59,929 nt of DNA. Origin: a virus. Taxonomy: Duplodnaviria; Caudoviricetes. Location of the stretch: positions 1 through 59,929 of IMG/VR virus record IMGVR_UViG_3300031839_001436; one strand, written 5' to 3'. Below, in pieces: positions 26,172 through 36,355 of the stretch. Position 1 is the first letter of the stretch. Each line of letters begins with the position of its first letter. Both the position numbers and the translations under genes were made by a program. Below the pieces are notes generated by a model. It had not been told where the DNA came from. It saw nothing but the letters and a program-made list of their open reading frames with translations, and did not search any database.

Positions 26172-28415
26172 TTAGTTAGCTTGCAACAAAGAAAACATGT
26201 CAATCTGTTTGTTTTTGGTGGTCGCTTCTGCTAAGTTGCGAACAGCCACGCTATAATATTCGGGCTTCAATTCGATGCCGTGATACTTGCGACCCCGTAG
26301 AATCGCCTGATACCCCTCACTGCCGATGCCACCAAACGGACTAAATACGGTTTCATCGGGGTTGCTCCACAATCTAACACAACGATCAATTAAGGGTAGC
26401 TGCAATGGGCACATGTGTTTTTCATCTTCATTCGCTTTACCCACGCGAACATTAAGTACGTCGGTTTCGCTGATGTCATACCAAACAGCCCGTGCATATT
26501 GAATCCAATCTTCTTGAGACACTTCCCCGTTCAACACAGGTGTAACAGGAATAGGATTGTCACCGGGCTTATCGAATAGCAGTAGATAATCTGTGTTCAT
26601 AGGGACAGAACTGGCACTATCACGCTTAAGAGTAGCGAACAATAAATCTGTATCTTTTGTGCGAATCGCTAGTGCTTGTGGGTTCTTGTCAATCGTCACA
26701 CGACCGCGCCAAATCCAACCCGCATTAACGTATTCTTCTATGACACGTCCTGAAAAATCTACTAACCCACGATACCCATCACGAGTGGCTAGCGTCCGCA
26801 ATTCCGATACATGGACGCAAGCGCGACGACCGGGCATTGTGACTCGTAAGTTTTCACGGATGATATAGCGGTAGTGTTCCATGAATTCATCGTAATCCTT
26901 GCTGTTACCAATGTCACGATTCGTATTGCTATATACAAACACATCATTAAACGGGGGACTGTACACCGATAAGTGAATACTGTTATCTGGTATGTCTCGC
27001 ATCCGTTCCACAGAATCACCTAACCACATCTTATAATCATCAGTTTCGGTTTCGTCCGTCGCATATACAAAAGCACTATCGTCAAGTGTCATATCGTTTT
27101 TCACCTCACTATTTAAAGCCATATGTTGGATAAGTTTTGTTCTCATTTCTGATGCCTTGCGGTCTTTCTCGAAGATTGTTTCTACAATCCCTAACTCATG
27201 TTCCGATGTGATAATGGTCACGTCTACAACGTCACTTTGTTGACCGTAGCGACAAATACGACCAATACCCTGATAGAATTGTTCCCAACTGTAATCAATA
27301 CCAAACCACACCATATTTTTACAATTCTGCATGTTTACACCCATGCCTGCGATTTTGGTCTTGCTAATCAAGATGCGTATATCGCCATTCACAAACTTAC
27401 GGATTGCATCGATTTTATCATCCGGTTTCATGCTACCTGTGACATTAACCGCGTCTGGTAACAAACTATCTAGCAGTTCGGATTCTTTGTTCAAGCCACA
27501 CCATATGATGTATTGTTCGTTGGTCTGATTCACAAACTCAACTAGCAGGTTAGCCCGTTGCTCTATCGATTCGCGTCGTATCCGCTTTGCGTCGGTTGCG
27601 CTAATCTGCAAATCTTCAAAGCCTGCTAATTTACCATCCTGACGGAATGCTGTATCAATCGTAATCGTTTCATAATTGACGCAGGGTTTAATAAATCCAT
27701 CGTCCGAATACCCTAAATCACTAGGTTTTTCGAGTGCGATAGACCATGATGCTAACCAGCGATAGAACGCATTAACAGCATGTTTTTTAAGTCGCCATGC
27801 ACCGTTACGCAATTGCGAATCGTGTACAAAGAATGTACTCAACATTTGTGAGTGTTTCATCACACCTAAAAATTCTGCATGGTTTCCGATTTCTTCAATG
27901 TCATTGGGCGCGGGGGTAGCTGTTGCACATAACCGGTAGGGGGTATCTTTGAATTGTTCAATCAGAGCATTACGCATCTTGCCTGTTAGATTCTTGAGGA
28001 TAGATGATTCATCTAAGATCACAACTTCAAAATCATCAGCATTAAACTTGTCTACCATCTCATAGTTCGTGATGTAGAACTTGCATTCATCGAATCGCAG
28101 GTCTTTGGAGCTACGGACGTAACGAACATCCATATCAATCAACTTGTGCAATTCATCAATCGTCTGATGGGCAACGGCAAGCGGGGATATAATCAATGTT
28201 GGTAAATCGATTTGACGCGCAAATTCTCCCAGTTGGCAAGTTTTCCCAAGTCCAACATCTTCAAACAACGCTACACGACCACGCTTAATAGCCCACTTTG
28301 TTATGTCGCGCTGGTAATGGAATAATGTTGGATGAATCGCAGATAGCGGTACATCAAAACCAACATCCTGAACAGTAAACTCTTTACTCTTTAAAAACTC
28401 GATATAATCTTGCAT
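26172..28415 (-). CDS. SNF2-type helicase fused to a beta-class (N4-C/N6-A) DNA methyltransferase
   Basis: Helicase motifs EDVGLGKT, ILDESS, TATP, GMGVNMQ, QGIGRICRYGQ; MTase motifs YSPPF, HMCP, FSPFGGIGS, GIELK. Confidence 0.9.
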   Translation of the reverse strand: MQDYIEFLKSKEFTVQDVGFDVPLSAIHPTLFHYQRDITKWAIKRGRVALFEDVGLGKTCQLGEFARQIDLPTLIISPLAVAHQTIDELHKLIDMDVRYVRSSKDLRFDECKFYITNYEMVDKFNADDFEVVILDESSILKNLTGKMRNALIEQFKDTPYRLCATATPAPNDIEEIGNHAEFLGVMKHSQMLSTFFVHDSQLRNGAWRLKKHAVNAFYRWLASWSIALEKPSDLGYSDDGFIKPCVNYETITIDTAFRQDGKLAGFEDLQISATDAKRIRRESIEQRANLLVEFVNQTNEQYIIWCGLNKESELLDSLLPDAVNVTGSMKPDDKIDAIRKFVNGDIRILISKTKIAGMGVNMQNCKNMVWFGIDYSWEQFYQGIGRICRYGQQSDVVDVTIITSEHELGIVETIFEKDRKASEMRTKLIQHMALNSEVKNDMTLDDSAFVYATDETETDDYKMWLGDSVERMRDIPDNSIHLSVYSPPFNDVFVYSNTNRDIGNSKDYDEFMEHYRYIIRENLRVTMPGRRACVHVSELRTLATRDGYRGLVDFSGRVIEEYVNAGWIWRGRVTIDKNPQALAIRTKDTDLLFATLKRDSASSVPMNTDYLLLFDKPGDNPIPVTPVLNGEVSQEDWIQYARAVWYDISETDVLNVRVGKANEDEKHMCPLQLPLIDRCVRLWSNPDETVFSPFGGIGSEGYQAILRGRKYHGIELKPEYYSVAVRNLAEATTKNKQIDMFSLLQAN

Positions 28416-28481
28416 AAACCTTTTCCTTTATCGTATAAGCTTTATTATAAAGCTTTTTTGATTAGTTTGCAATCAAAATAA

Positions 28482-30401
28482 TTAAAATGGTATATTTTCT
28501 ACACGTGTAGAATTGTTACCCTGATAGAAGATGTTCCCCATGACATGCTCATATGTTTCGTCACGTGTCCAATCGATTAAGGTATCTCCACCGGATGCGC
28601 GGTATGTTTCTTTGAAGACAAGGTGTGATGAATCCATAAGCAGGGGTACACGTCCTTTTTTACCTAACGAAGCCTTGACGATATTGAGCCAAAAGCAGGG
28701 GGTTTCTATGTACTCATCCCCATTCTTGACAAGCACACGATTGAGGGCATACACGCCATTGGCTTTATCGGCACGAATATAATGCGCGTCTTGCAACCCT
28801 AGTGAGCCACCACTAGCTGCGATGTCCTGTGATAGCTTATTCGCTTGCGAGGGCATATATACATGAACGTTTTTATCTGCGCTAAACTTTTTACACTGTT
28901 CAAAGGCGTATTCAAATCGATTAATCGACTTTTCAGGACTAGAGGCACGCAACAATTGCACATAATCAAACACCATAAAATCGACTTCTTTGTCTTCGCG
29001 TTGCATCCGGTCAATGTAGGTGTGCATGTCATCAAACACATCGTCAATGCTTGTATGGCGTTCTGCATAATCCATTTTGCCGTCAAAGTTGATAATAAAA
29101 TCATTGGCACGATTAAAAGCAATGTATTGTTCAGGGGTGAACTTAACCCCGTCGTTATCGTCCGGATGGATGCCGCGCTTATGATTTGCAACCCAAATGT
29201 TATGAAGTTGAATATCTTCATAAGTAATATGGGGATCGTGGCTGTATCGCTGGATACGGCGCATGTGCATTTCTTCTTTTGTCCATTCTTCGCCGTTCCA
29301 GCCGCCGTTATACCCATCACGGTTTAATTTATCGGTTATGGTTTCGACTAGCTGTGTTTTACCTGTACCTGTGCCACCTATGATCAGTGTGACTTTGCCC
29401 GTTACACAGATTCGATTAAACCCGCCAAATTGATGCAACGATTTAAGAGGGTTTTTGAACGTCCGGACATTCGTATCTATTTCACCGTAGATTTGTTCCT
29501 TGACAGTTTGCGCCGCCGCGTCGCTGGATTGCGCGTCTGTTTCGTGTGGATTCTGTGCAACGGTTGGGTTTTGCGCGTCTACCAGTCTGGCAAGCTCGGT
29601 TAAGCTTTGATCCTGATGCAACATACAAAAATCGGCTAAATCGCCATTTTCGGTTAACGGCATTTGCACAATTTTAGCGTTGGGTAGTTGCGCCTTGATT
29701 GCTTTTGCAGCGTCGCGTCCGGTCTTATCGCAATCCAATGCAGTGATAATCGTCTTATGCCATGCTGCATTCAAGGATTCTAGTAAATCGTCTGGTATAG
29801 AACTTTCCCCGCCTGCCATTGCAAACGCAGGTAGTCCGTGACATTTACCGGATACCGTACTAATTTCGCCGTTGCACAAGACGATATAATCTAGGTTGTT
29901 TTCGTTGGCATACTCAATCGCGTGCCCTAGCCCGTACCATACACGAACATAACCGGATTCGTTTATATAGCGCGGTTTTCCATCGTCTAAGAATCGATAG
30001 CGATAGATGTCCTTTGCAACCGGAAACTTAATCGCATCACGTCCCTGATAGGTAACTTGCTCCCATCCCATCTCAGTCAGCTTATCGGCTGTGACCCCAT
30101 GCGCCTGTGCATAGTCGGCTAACCCTTGATAGCTACGTTTAGTATCTGCTACCTCATGACGATTCCCTACGATTTCTACGCCTAATTTGTTCGCTAGGGC
30201 GTACAGTGTGCCTGATTCGTTTGCGGGGTGGTCTTTGTACGTAGCGGCTTCCCCGTCGCTACGAATATCGTATATTGAGAATCCACGCGAATTACTGTCA
30301 TTGCGGAACGGGCTGTTACCACGATAGCCGCTTTTGTCGCGCTTTAACTTGACGTGTGCTATCGATTCAAGGTGTGCGATTACGTTATCAAGTGTCGTCA
30401 T
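28482..30401 (-). CDS. Primase (TOPRIM)-SF4 helicase fusion
   Basis: TOPRIM LCNGE, ALDCDKTG, GDLADF; helicase GGTGTGKT, FDYVQLL, PSQAN. Confidence 0.85.
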   Translation of the reverse strand: MTTLDNVIAHLESIAHVKLKRDKSGYRGNSPFRNDSNSRGFSIYDIRSDGEAATYKDHPANESGTLYALANKLGVEIVGNRHEVADTKRSYQGLADYAQAHGVTADKLTEMGWEQVTYQGRDAIKFPVAKDIYRYRFLDDGKPRYINESGYVRVWYGLGHAIEYANENNLDYIVLCNGEISTVSGKCHGLPAFAMAGGESSIPDDLLESLNAAWHKTIITALDCDKTGRDAAKAIKAQLPNAKIVQMPLTENGDLADFCMLHQDQSLTELARLVDAQNPTVAQNPHETDAQSSDAAAQTVKEQIYGEIDTNVRTFKNPLKSLHQFGGFNRICVTGKVTLIIGGTGTGKTQLVETITDKLNRDGYNGGWNGEEWTKEEMHMRRIQRYSHDPHITYEDIQLHNIWVANHKRGIHPDDNDGVKFTPEQYIAFNRANDFIINFDGKMDYAERHTSIDDVFDDMHTYIDRMQREDKEVDFMVFDYVQLLRASSPEKSINRFEYAFEQCKKFSADKNVHVYMPSQANKLSQDIAASGGSLGLQDAHYIRADKANGVYALNRVLVKNGDEYIETPCFWLNIVKASLGKKGRVPLLMDSSHLVFKETYRASGGDTLIDWTRDETYEHVMGNIFYQGNNSTRVENIPF

Positions 30402-30604
30402 GATTGATTATCCTTGTGCATTCCTAGTTCAGACTCGTAATGGTCAATCTCCGATTCGAGTGCAACTAGCATCTTTTCGCATTCATCGTACCGATTCCGA
30501 TAGGCGCGACTGTGATACCGTGCTAGCCACATGCCATAGTTGGCACACACAACGGCATAATCACGTTCTAATTGTGTTTTGTGGTCGTTATTCATTGCTT
30601 GCAC
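30398..30604 (-). CDS. Hypothetical protein
   Basis: ATGA coupling to the primase gene. Confidence 0.55.
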   Translation of the reverse strand: MQAMNNDHKTQLERDYAVVCANYGMWLARYHSRAYRNRYDECEKMLVALESEIDHYESELGMHKDNQS

Positions 30605-31523
30605 TCCGACGTGGCTTTAATACAGGGGGTAACTCAAACTCAATATCTACGTCTTGTGACCATGTAGCAGGGGGCGGCGTGATAGTCTTTGATTGTTGCG
30701 CTTTCATGTGGTCGTACCACTTGCTGTAATGGGCTTCTAGCTTTTCCCGATTACGTGGCAATGGTACACCGTCATTTGTCTCAAGATAGTATTCTTTCCA
30801 CATGTCTAGGTAGATAGTAGATGCGTCTGTATCATGTAGCTTATGCACCTCTTTAATGCCGTTACGCCAATTGCCTATCATGAACTTAACGCTTTTGGTC
30901 GTCTTGCGTGGGTCTACTTCAAACACGTGTTTAGCAGCCCATACGTCTATCGGGTCTAGTGGCTTCTCTTTTTTCGTATCGCTGCTAGCTGATTTGTCCG
31001 GTTTCGTTTCTTTATCTGAATCTTGTTTCGATGTATCGACGGTAGGCGATAAAGGTTTTTTCTTTCTATAGTTTCTTTCTATAGTTTCTTTCTCTGATCG
31101 ACTATCAACTTCTGACGGTAGACTATCAACTTCTGACGGTAGACTATCAACTTCTGATACTCCGGATTCCGATGTATCAACAGGCATATAAATGATAGAA
31201 TATGTTTTCTTGATACGTGCTTTATCAGAACTGTTTGTATCGACCTGTAAATAGCCGTGTGCAATCGCACTTTTTATACCTGATTTAATGGCGTTGATGC
31301 TCATATTGCAACCCGCGTCAAGCCGTCCCCCGTCTTTGTTTTTGCGCCCGTGCTGGAACTCATCTAGTGTTATTTTTTTGGATTCATCTTGGAAACCCCA
31401 CGTATGGCGTAACACGTATAAAAGAACTTTCATTTCAGATAGCTTAGATATATCTGGCATCATTTCTTCAATGAAATAGTGGGGTAACATTGACCAGTTT
31501 TGTTTAGGTTGTGGTATAGGCAT
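30588..31523 (-). CDS. Replication initiator (lambda O-like N-terminal wHTH)
   Basis: SEMKVLLYVLRHTWGF...KKITLDEF...AIAHGYL; internal tandem repeats. Confidence 0.8.
   Translation of the reverse strand: MPIPQPKQNWSMLPHYFIEEMMPDISKLSEMKVLLYVLRHTWGFQDESKKITLDEFQHGRKNKDGGRLDAGCNMSINAIKSGIKSAIAHGYLQVDTNSSDKARIKKTYSIIYMPVDTSESGVSEVDSLPSEVDSLPSEVDSRSEKETIERNYRKKKPLSPTVDTSKQDSDKETKPDKSASSDTKKEKPLDPIDVWAAKHVFEVDPRKTTKSVKFMIGNWRNGIKEVHKLHDTDASTIYLDMWKEYYLETNDGVPLPRNREKLEAHYSKWYDHMKAQQSKTITPPPATWSQDVDIEFELPPVLKPRRSASNE
31100..31157. repeat. 21-bp tandem repeats (about 2.8 copies), putative iterons
   Basis: gactatcaacttctgacggta twice plus gactatcaacttctga, inside the initiator gene. Confidence 0.85.
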
Positions 31524-31579
31524 TGTTATCGTCCTTGCTTCGTTATTTATCGTTTTCGATTAGTTCAATTGACAAAATT

Positions 31580-31873
31580 TTATACACATACGCGATTGAG
31601 GCATACATGCGGTGCAGCACGAATAATCCCGTTTTCGTCCGGTTGCGTTGTCACAACAATATATCCAAGTGATTCCAATTCTTTACGAGTTGATTGAACC
31701 TTGCGAACACTCATTTGTGTTTCTTGTGCAATCACTTTATTTGTTTTGGATATACCTTCGATGCAGGGGTGGAATGATTGTAAGTAGTTACAATACAAAG
31801 CCAGTTGATAGGGGTTTAACTCTGCTAGTGCTTCGTTACAGATATTAATGTATTGATTGTTGTCAGTATCCAT
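31580..31873 (-). CDS. Winged-HTH protein
   Basis: LNPYQLALY...IAQETQMSVRKVQSTRKELESLGYI. Confidence 0.75.
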   Translation of the reverse strand: MDTDNNQYINICNEALAELNPYQLALYCNYLQSFHPCIEGISKTNKVIAQETQMSVRKVQSTRKELESLGYIVVTTQPDENGIIRAAPHVCLNRVCV

Positions 31874-32071
31874 AAGATTATTCCTTATATCGTATCGTTA
31901 CCCCTTGCGTTTGGTCGTCAAATCTGCTATCCTATTAAGCATATAGTCAGGCTTAACGAGATAGTTCTTTGTCGCTCCAACGTATCCGCGTTTGGGGCTT
32001 CTTTATTTTATTGTGATCCTATGATAAAGCTTTTACGATAAAAAATCAAGCGTACAAGCTCTGAAAACAAA

Positions 32072-32881
32072 TTAAAAAAGTGTTTTTGTGTAGCAATTCA
32101 CACATAGGCTATCATCCGGCATTTCATCATCGTCTATCTCCCCAACTTGCACAAGTGATGGATCAGGTTTCTCCCCATAGCCCCATAGCCCCATGTCGCG
32201 CATATCAGATTCAAGATTTGCCATGTATTTATGTAATTGTGGACTTTCCTCTAGATGGCTTAACTTGTATTTACAATGCCAATTGCACATACAATCCTCT
32301 GTCGTTTTCCCTTTAAACCACGTATTGTCTTTCATGACACTATGTTTGTCCTCATCAGTGAATTCTGCAATCAAATTACAGAATATACGACTTCCTGATT
32401 TACTGATTAATGGCGTATGTCTACGTTTGACAGATTCGGCGCGTCGCACCCCTGTTACAAACATAATGTTATCAGTTCGGTGTTTCTTGAAGTCTCGTAA
32501 TGCTGTCATTAAGGCGCGTTCTTTTAACATTCGATAATAAATTGTGTGAATCACTGGTGTATAAGCGAATCCATTGTCTAACACTTGTTGCTTATACCAT
32601 TCTGCGCCATTATTGCTATATATCCACAATCGTTTATTGAGTTTGTTAACAACTTCGTTGTAAATGCGCGTTATGTGACCATCAGTAGAAATGCCTGTGT
32701 CAATGGTTAATACATCAAATTTGATTTCAATTTTATCCATAAGATGTAAAACCGTTGCACTATCATGCCCCCCACTGTAAGAGACTAGAATTTTACTAGG
32801 TTTATATTGCTTGATAGCGGATAGTAAAATCTCCCATGTACGGTTTATATGATCTTTGTTTGTGAACATTGTCGTCTGCAT
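32072..32881 (-). CDS. PAPS reductase-like (PP-loop) protein
   Basis: SYSGGHDS, IDTG, TGVRRAES..R and C-terminal cysteines. Confidence 0.85.
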   Translation of the reverse strand: MQTTMFTNKDHINRTWEILLSAIKQYKPSKILVSYSGGHDSATVLHLMDKIEIKFDVLTIDTGISTDGHITRIYNEVVNKLNKRLWIYSNNGAEWYKQQVLDNGFAYTPVIHTIYYRMLKERALMTALRDFKKHRTDNIMFVTGVRRAESVKRRHTPLISKSGSRIFCNLIAEFTDEDKHSVMKDNTWFKGKTTEDCMCNWHCKYKLSHLEESPQLHKYMANLESDMRDMGLWGYGEKPDPSLVQVGEIDDDEMPDDSLCVNCYTKTLF

Positions 32882-32924
32882 TAGATTTCCTTATTTTGAA
32901 AGAATTGGACGTTTCCGCGCTAGC

Positions 32925-33167
32925 TCATTCATCGTCTACTATCTCCAATGACCTATACACCACGTCTCGCTTAAAAATCGTGTTAAACAAACACCCGTTA
33001 TCCAGCCACAGGCACACGGCTTTGCGCTCGTATGCTTTCAACGTTTCGTTATAGGTGTAATTGTCAATCGTCTGTACACGGTAGGGTAGTTTTGTGGTAG
33101 GCGTTATGAATTCGTCGCCTACCGTGATAAAATCGCTGTTTACCGTGATTAACTCGTATTTGGACAT
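32925..33167 (-). CDS. Hypothetical protein
   Basis: ORF track; operator upstream. Confidence 0.65.
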   Translation of the reverse strand: MSKYELITVNSDFITVGDEFITPTTKLPYRVQTIDNYTYNETLKAYERKAVCLWLDNGCLFNTIFKRDVVYRSLEIVDDE

Positions 33168-33207
33168 GGTTAACCTGTAAATCGCTAATTTAAGCGTTTT
33201 CGATTAT

Positions 33208-33594
33208 TTAAAAAGCTAATTCGCTTAGGTCGTACTGCAAATTTTTATCTGCAATGAACATCGGCGTGATTGTCCGGTTTTTCATCCGGTTTTTGTCAAG
33301 TGTATCAAACTGGATAAGTCCGGTATTTCGCAAGTCCCATACAATCTTTAGCACGGTCGGGCGCGACTTTGCGCTAAACTCGACAATATCGGATACGGCT
33401 AACGATTTACCATGTTCGTTGTACTTCGCACAGATAAAGCACAACACGCGGTAATGTTCCGATGTTAAATCGTGCAGAATCATTGCGTTTAGGAATAGGC
33501 ACGTTAAATGGTCGTATTCAAGACTATCTAGCAAGGTTTCGTCTGATGGATGGTCAATGGTTTCTTGTAACGCTACAATATCAATGGTGTTCAT
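33208..33594 (-). CDS. Winged-HTH DNA-binding protein
   Basis: LTSEHYRVL.FI...VSDIVEFSAKSRPTVLKIVWDLRNTGLI. Confidence 0.7.
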   Translation of the reverse strand: MNTIDIVALQETIDHPSDETLLDSLEYDHLTCLFLNAMILHDLTSEHYRVLCFICAKYNEHGKSLAVSDIVEFSAKSRPTVLKIVWDLRNTGLIQFDTLDKNRMKNRTITPMFIADKNLQYDLSELAF

Positions 33595-33596
33595 AA

Positions 33597-34205
33597 CTAA
33601 CTCTCATTCTCTATAATTTCGTATACAACAATGCGAACTCTATCGCTCATGTGGACGTTTTCGCATGGGTCTTGCGTGATGAAATGCACACTGCTTTCAT
33701 TGCGGATTGCATCGGCTGTGATGTCGTGCAACTTTTTGTATTGTGTCTTGGGTTCTTTACCGTGAATCTCGGTAGCAATGTATCGTCTCATTTGTGCAAT
33801 TGACCATGATTCATCGGCAGCCATTCGTAATACCTCAATCGCTTTATGCTCTCCGTAATCCTCCAACACGGTGTTGCAAGCTCGAAAGTGGTTAAACGAT
33901 AGGGTCGTGTCACCGTCCAGTGTTTGTGTTTCCTCTAACAATGCCCAACGCATGGACGGGTGGAAATTTGTACAGGTTTGCGCGTATGAATACAACGTAC
34001 TTTTGCCGTACTTGCCCACTTTAGTAAAGTATTCTATATTAGATGCACTTGTGCCAGCTTTAACCAGTACATCCCCAATAACCCAATTGATAGATGAAAC
34101 GTTATCGGATAGCTGTTCTATGATTGTCTCAACATCGGCTGTGATATTACCACCGGATGATTCGAGGTGATTCATGATGGCTTGCCATTCTTGCGGTGCG
34201 CTCAT
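33597..34205 (-). CDS. Hypothetical protein (W.IGD...LSF.H...WS...MR pattern)
   Basis: ORF track; ATGA coupling. Confidence 0.7.
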   Translation of the reverse strand: MSAPQEWQAIMNHLESSGGNITADVETIIEQLSDNVSSINWVIGDVLVKAGTSASNIEYFTKVGKYGKSTLYSYAQTCTNFHPSMRWALLEETQTLDGDTTLSFNHFRACNTVLEDYGEHKAIEVLRMAADESWSIAQMRRYIATEIHGKEPKTQYKKLHDITADAIRNESSVHFITQDPCENVHMSDRVRIVVYEIIENES

Positions 34206-34483
34206 TTCAATTTCTTTCGTATCTCAACTAGTTCAAGATAAATGGCGTACAATGTATCAAGTACAGCAACAACTAAAAACGGGTGTATATTGTTGCTTTC
34301 AAGAGAAATTGGTAAGCCTATAGCCATGAATATCATAGAGACAAAGATAAGAATAATACCCACTACACGCCTCCAATTAACAGCAAAATACCGAACAATA
34401 AAACAATACCCGTAAACCATATGATGAGTGTCTTTAGTTCGTTGTCGCTCATAACCCCTCCTATGGTGTGAATACGGACACAA
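34202..34483 (-). CDS. Membrane protein (start uncertain)
   Basis: Two hydrophobic segments. Confidence 0.55.
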   Translation of the reverse strand: MCPYSHHRRGYERQRTKDTHHMVYGYCFIVRYFAVNWRRVVGIILIFVSMIFMAIGLPISLESNNIHPFLVVAVLDTLYAIYLELVEIRKKLK

Positions 34484-34652
34484 AAAATGTGACGATTAAG
34501 AAGATGACAATGACAGTCAATCCGGTTTCGATTCGCTTCTCTAATTCGCGCTCAATCGCTGGCACACTCAAAAGCAACCAGCCAATTACAAAAAAGACTA
34601 CGATTACAAGATAGAGCAGGTCACGATTAATCATTGATTCCATCTCCTGCAA
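34461..34652 (-). CDS. Small two-TM protein
   Basis: Hydrophobic segments; likely start at MINRD. Confidence 0.6.
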   Translation of the reverse strand: MQEMESMINRDLLYLVIVVFFVIGWLLLSVPAIERELEKRIETGLTVIVIFLIVTFFVSVFTP

Positions 34653-34848
34653 ATGTTAAGCAATACTCATGACCACGCTCGTATCTCATACATACATCGT
34701 ATCGCGCGTTGAATCGCTCTAATCGCTGTTCGGGGGTAGATGCCCAAATCAGCAAGGTTATTAAAATGGTTACAACGATAGCAACCACGATCATGAAACA
34801 ACCAAATCGTACATTGAACTTATTGTGGTAGGTAAATTCATTATTCAT
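34627..34848 (-). CDS. Small single-TM protein
   Basis: One hydrophobic helix and a C-terminal Cys pair. Confidence 0.6.
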   Translation of the reverse strand: MNNEFTYHNKFNVRFGCFMIVVAIVVTILITLLIWASTPEQRLERFNARYDVCMRYERGHEYCLTFAGDGIND

Positions 34849-35140
34849 CGATTCGTCCTATCAACTTAAGCGCGTCGTTTGCGCCTCGTACAATGGGGAT
34901 TTCGTACCCAATTCCATTTAGAATCGCGTTATGCAGTTCAATTTGAAACGGTGTCAACGTCCCTTTTGGCATCTTAACTTCCATCGGTATACACAAAAAA
35001 TCAGGCGCAACATGGAAGTAATTCGGGCATATCGTGTATAAATCGATATTCGTTTCTTGGATTACAAACGCGCCACTATCTGTTAATTCCTTGATAATGG
35101 CGCGCTCATTCGTATCACGTTTGGCAGCACGTCTAGCCAT
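34841..35140 (-). CDS. VRR-NUC-like PD-(D/E)xK nuclease (resolvase-like)
   Basis: RRAAKRDTNE..I...DL...MEVKMPKG.LTPFQ. Confidence 0.75.
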   Translation of the reverse strand: MARRAAKRDTNERAIIKELTDSGAFVIQETNIDLYTICPNYFHVAPDFLCIPMEVKMPKGTLTPFQIELHNAILNGIGYEIPIVRGANDALKLIGRIDE

Positions 35141-35429
35141 TAGCGTTAATCTCCGCTATTAGGTAGTCAACAGATATATTACTTGCTGGGTAAAGATGTA
35201 AAACAAAGACGTAACCCAAAGAACCTTCGTATCCGTAAACATTCGCCTGTGTTCTGTCTATTACATGTGATGTCACATTGTCTTTGCGGCGTAAAATGTA
35301 AAGCATACGATTTACTAGGTCTAAGTGCGGTTTATAATATGTACGAAAATCTGATTTGCGTTCAACGTAAACCCTGCTCGGATTTGAATTAACATCTAAA
35401 CGGATTATGATTTTTATAATCTTATTCAT
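35133..35429 (-). CDS. Hypothetical protein
   Basis: TAATG coupling. Confidence 0.65.
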   Translation of the reverse strand: MNKIIKIIIRLDVNSNPSRVYVERKSDFRTYYKPHLDLVNRMLYILRRKDNVTSHVIDRTQANVYGYEGSLGYVFVLHLYPASNISVDYLIAEINANG

Positions 35430-36103
35430 TAGCTAGCCTTCCGATTGAGTAGCCATGCTTTGACCTTATCGAAACCGTCTGCCATTGCAGAATCGCCATA
35501 TTGATTAACAGCGTTTGCAATGTGGTTCTTGTGTTCATAGGCTTGCAACAAATCAGAATCCGTATAAATCAGTGTCCAGAAGTCCGATGTTGTGCTACCG
35601 GATGGCTTGTTACCAGACGGCTTACTACCGGATTTATTCGGCTTTTGCGGTTGTTTTTGTTGCTGGTTGTTTTTGGCGTATTGGCTACTATCGCTACTAT
35701 CTATGTCATCGTCGTCTTTGTCGCTCACAAGGAATAATTTCTTGAGAAAATATTTGTGTGCGTATGTAGTTGCTTTACCAATAGCTTTATCATCAATGTA
35801 GTTGCCTTTGGTGCTTTTGCTTTCAATCGGTATGGATTGCGCCCAATGTTGCACCATTGGGTTTTCGGGGTCGTCTACGTCAATCAATGTGAATTCGTAA
35901 CTGATTAAGTAGGTCGTGTCGGTTTGCGTGATATTGGTCATAGCTGGAATACATACTAGCCCAACATCGTGCATGTGTTTACGGGCTGTTGTCAGGATCA
36001 ATTCTGCGCTGACATAACTAAATCTCTGATAGTCGTTGCTCTTATCAGATTTGACTGCTCCAATAGCTCCCATAACTTGTACGACTTTGCTTGCTACTGA
36101 CAT
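35429..36103 (-). CDS. erf: ERF-family single-strand annealing protein
   Basis: N.YQRFSYV...DDKAIGKATTYAHKYFLKKLFLV...DDID. Confidence 0.85.
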   Translation of the reverse strand: MSVASKVVQVMGAIGAVKSDKSNDYQRFSYVSAELILTTARKHMHDVGLVCIPAMTNITQTDTTYLISYEFTLIDVDDPENPMVQHWAQSIPIESKSTKGNYIDDKAIGKATTYAHKYFLKKLFLVSDKDDDDIDSSDSSQYAKNNQQQKQPQKPNKSGSKPSGNKPSGSTTSDFWTLIYTDSDLLQAYEHKNHIANAVNQYGDSAMADGFDKVKAWLLNRKAS

Positions 36104-36107
36104 GACA

Positions 36108-36350
36108 TCATACCCCCTTCTGATTTAATTGATATTCTCGGACTTTTTGAACAACGGCAAATAAAGGTGTGTCAGCGTCAAGTACGCAAATGTGTTCTTG
36201 CTCCAATCCATTAGTAGCTAAATATCTGCCACCCCATTTAGAGACATACCAAACAAATTTGTTACCATTGAATTCCATTTCAATAGGAACATAGAACTTA
36301 GGCTCATCTTGATTGCTGTAAATCTGTACAGACAATAAACTTCTCATCAT
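36108..36350 (-). CDS. Hypothetical protein
   Basis: GGGGG RBS; between ssb and erf. Confidence 0.65.
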   Translation of the reverse strand: MMRSLLSVQIYSNQDEPKFYVPIEMEFNGNKFVWYVSKWGGRYLATNGLEQEHICVLDADTPLFAVVQKVREYQLNQKGV

Positions 36351-36355
36351 ACCCC

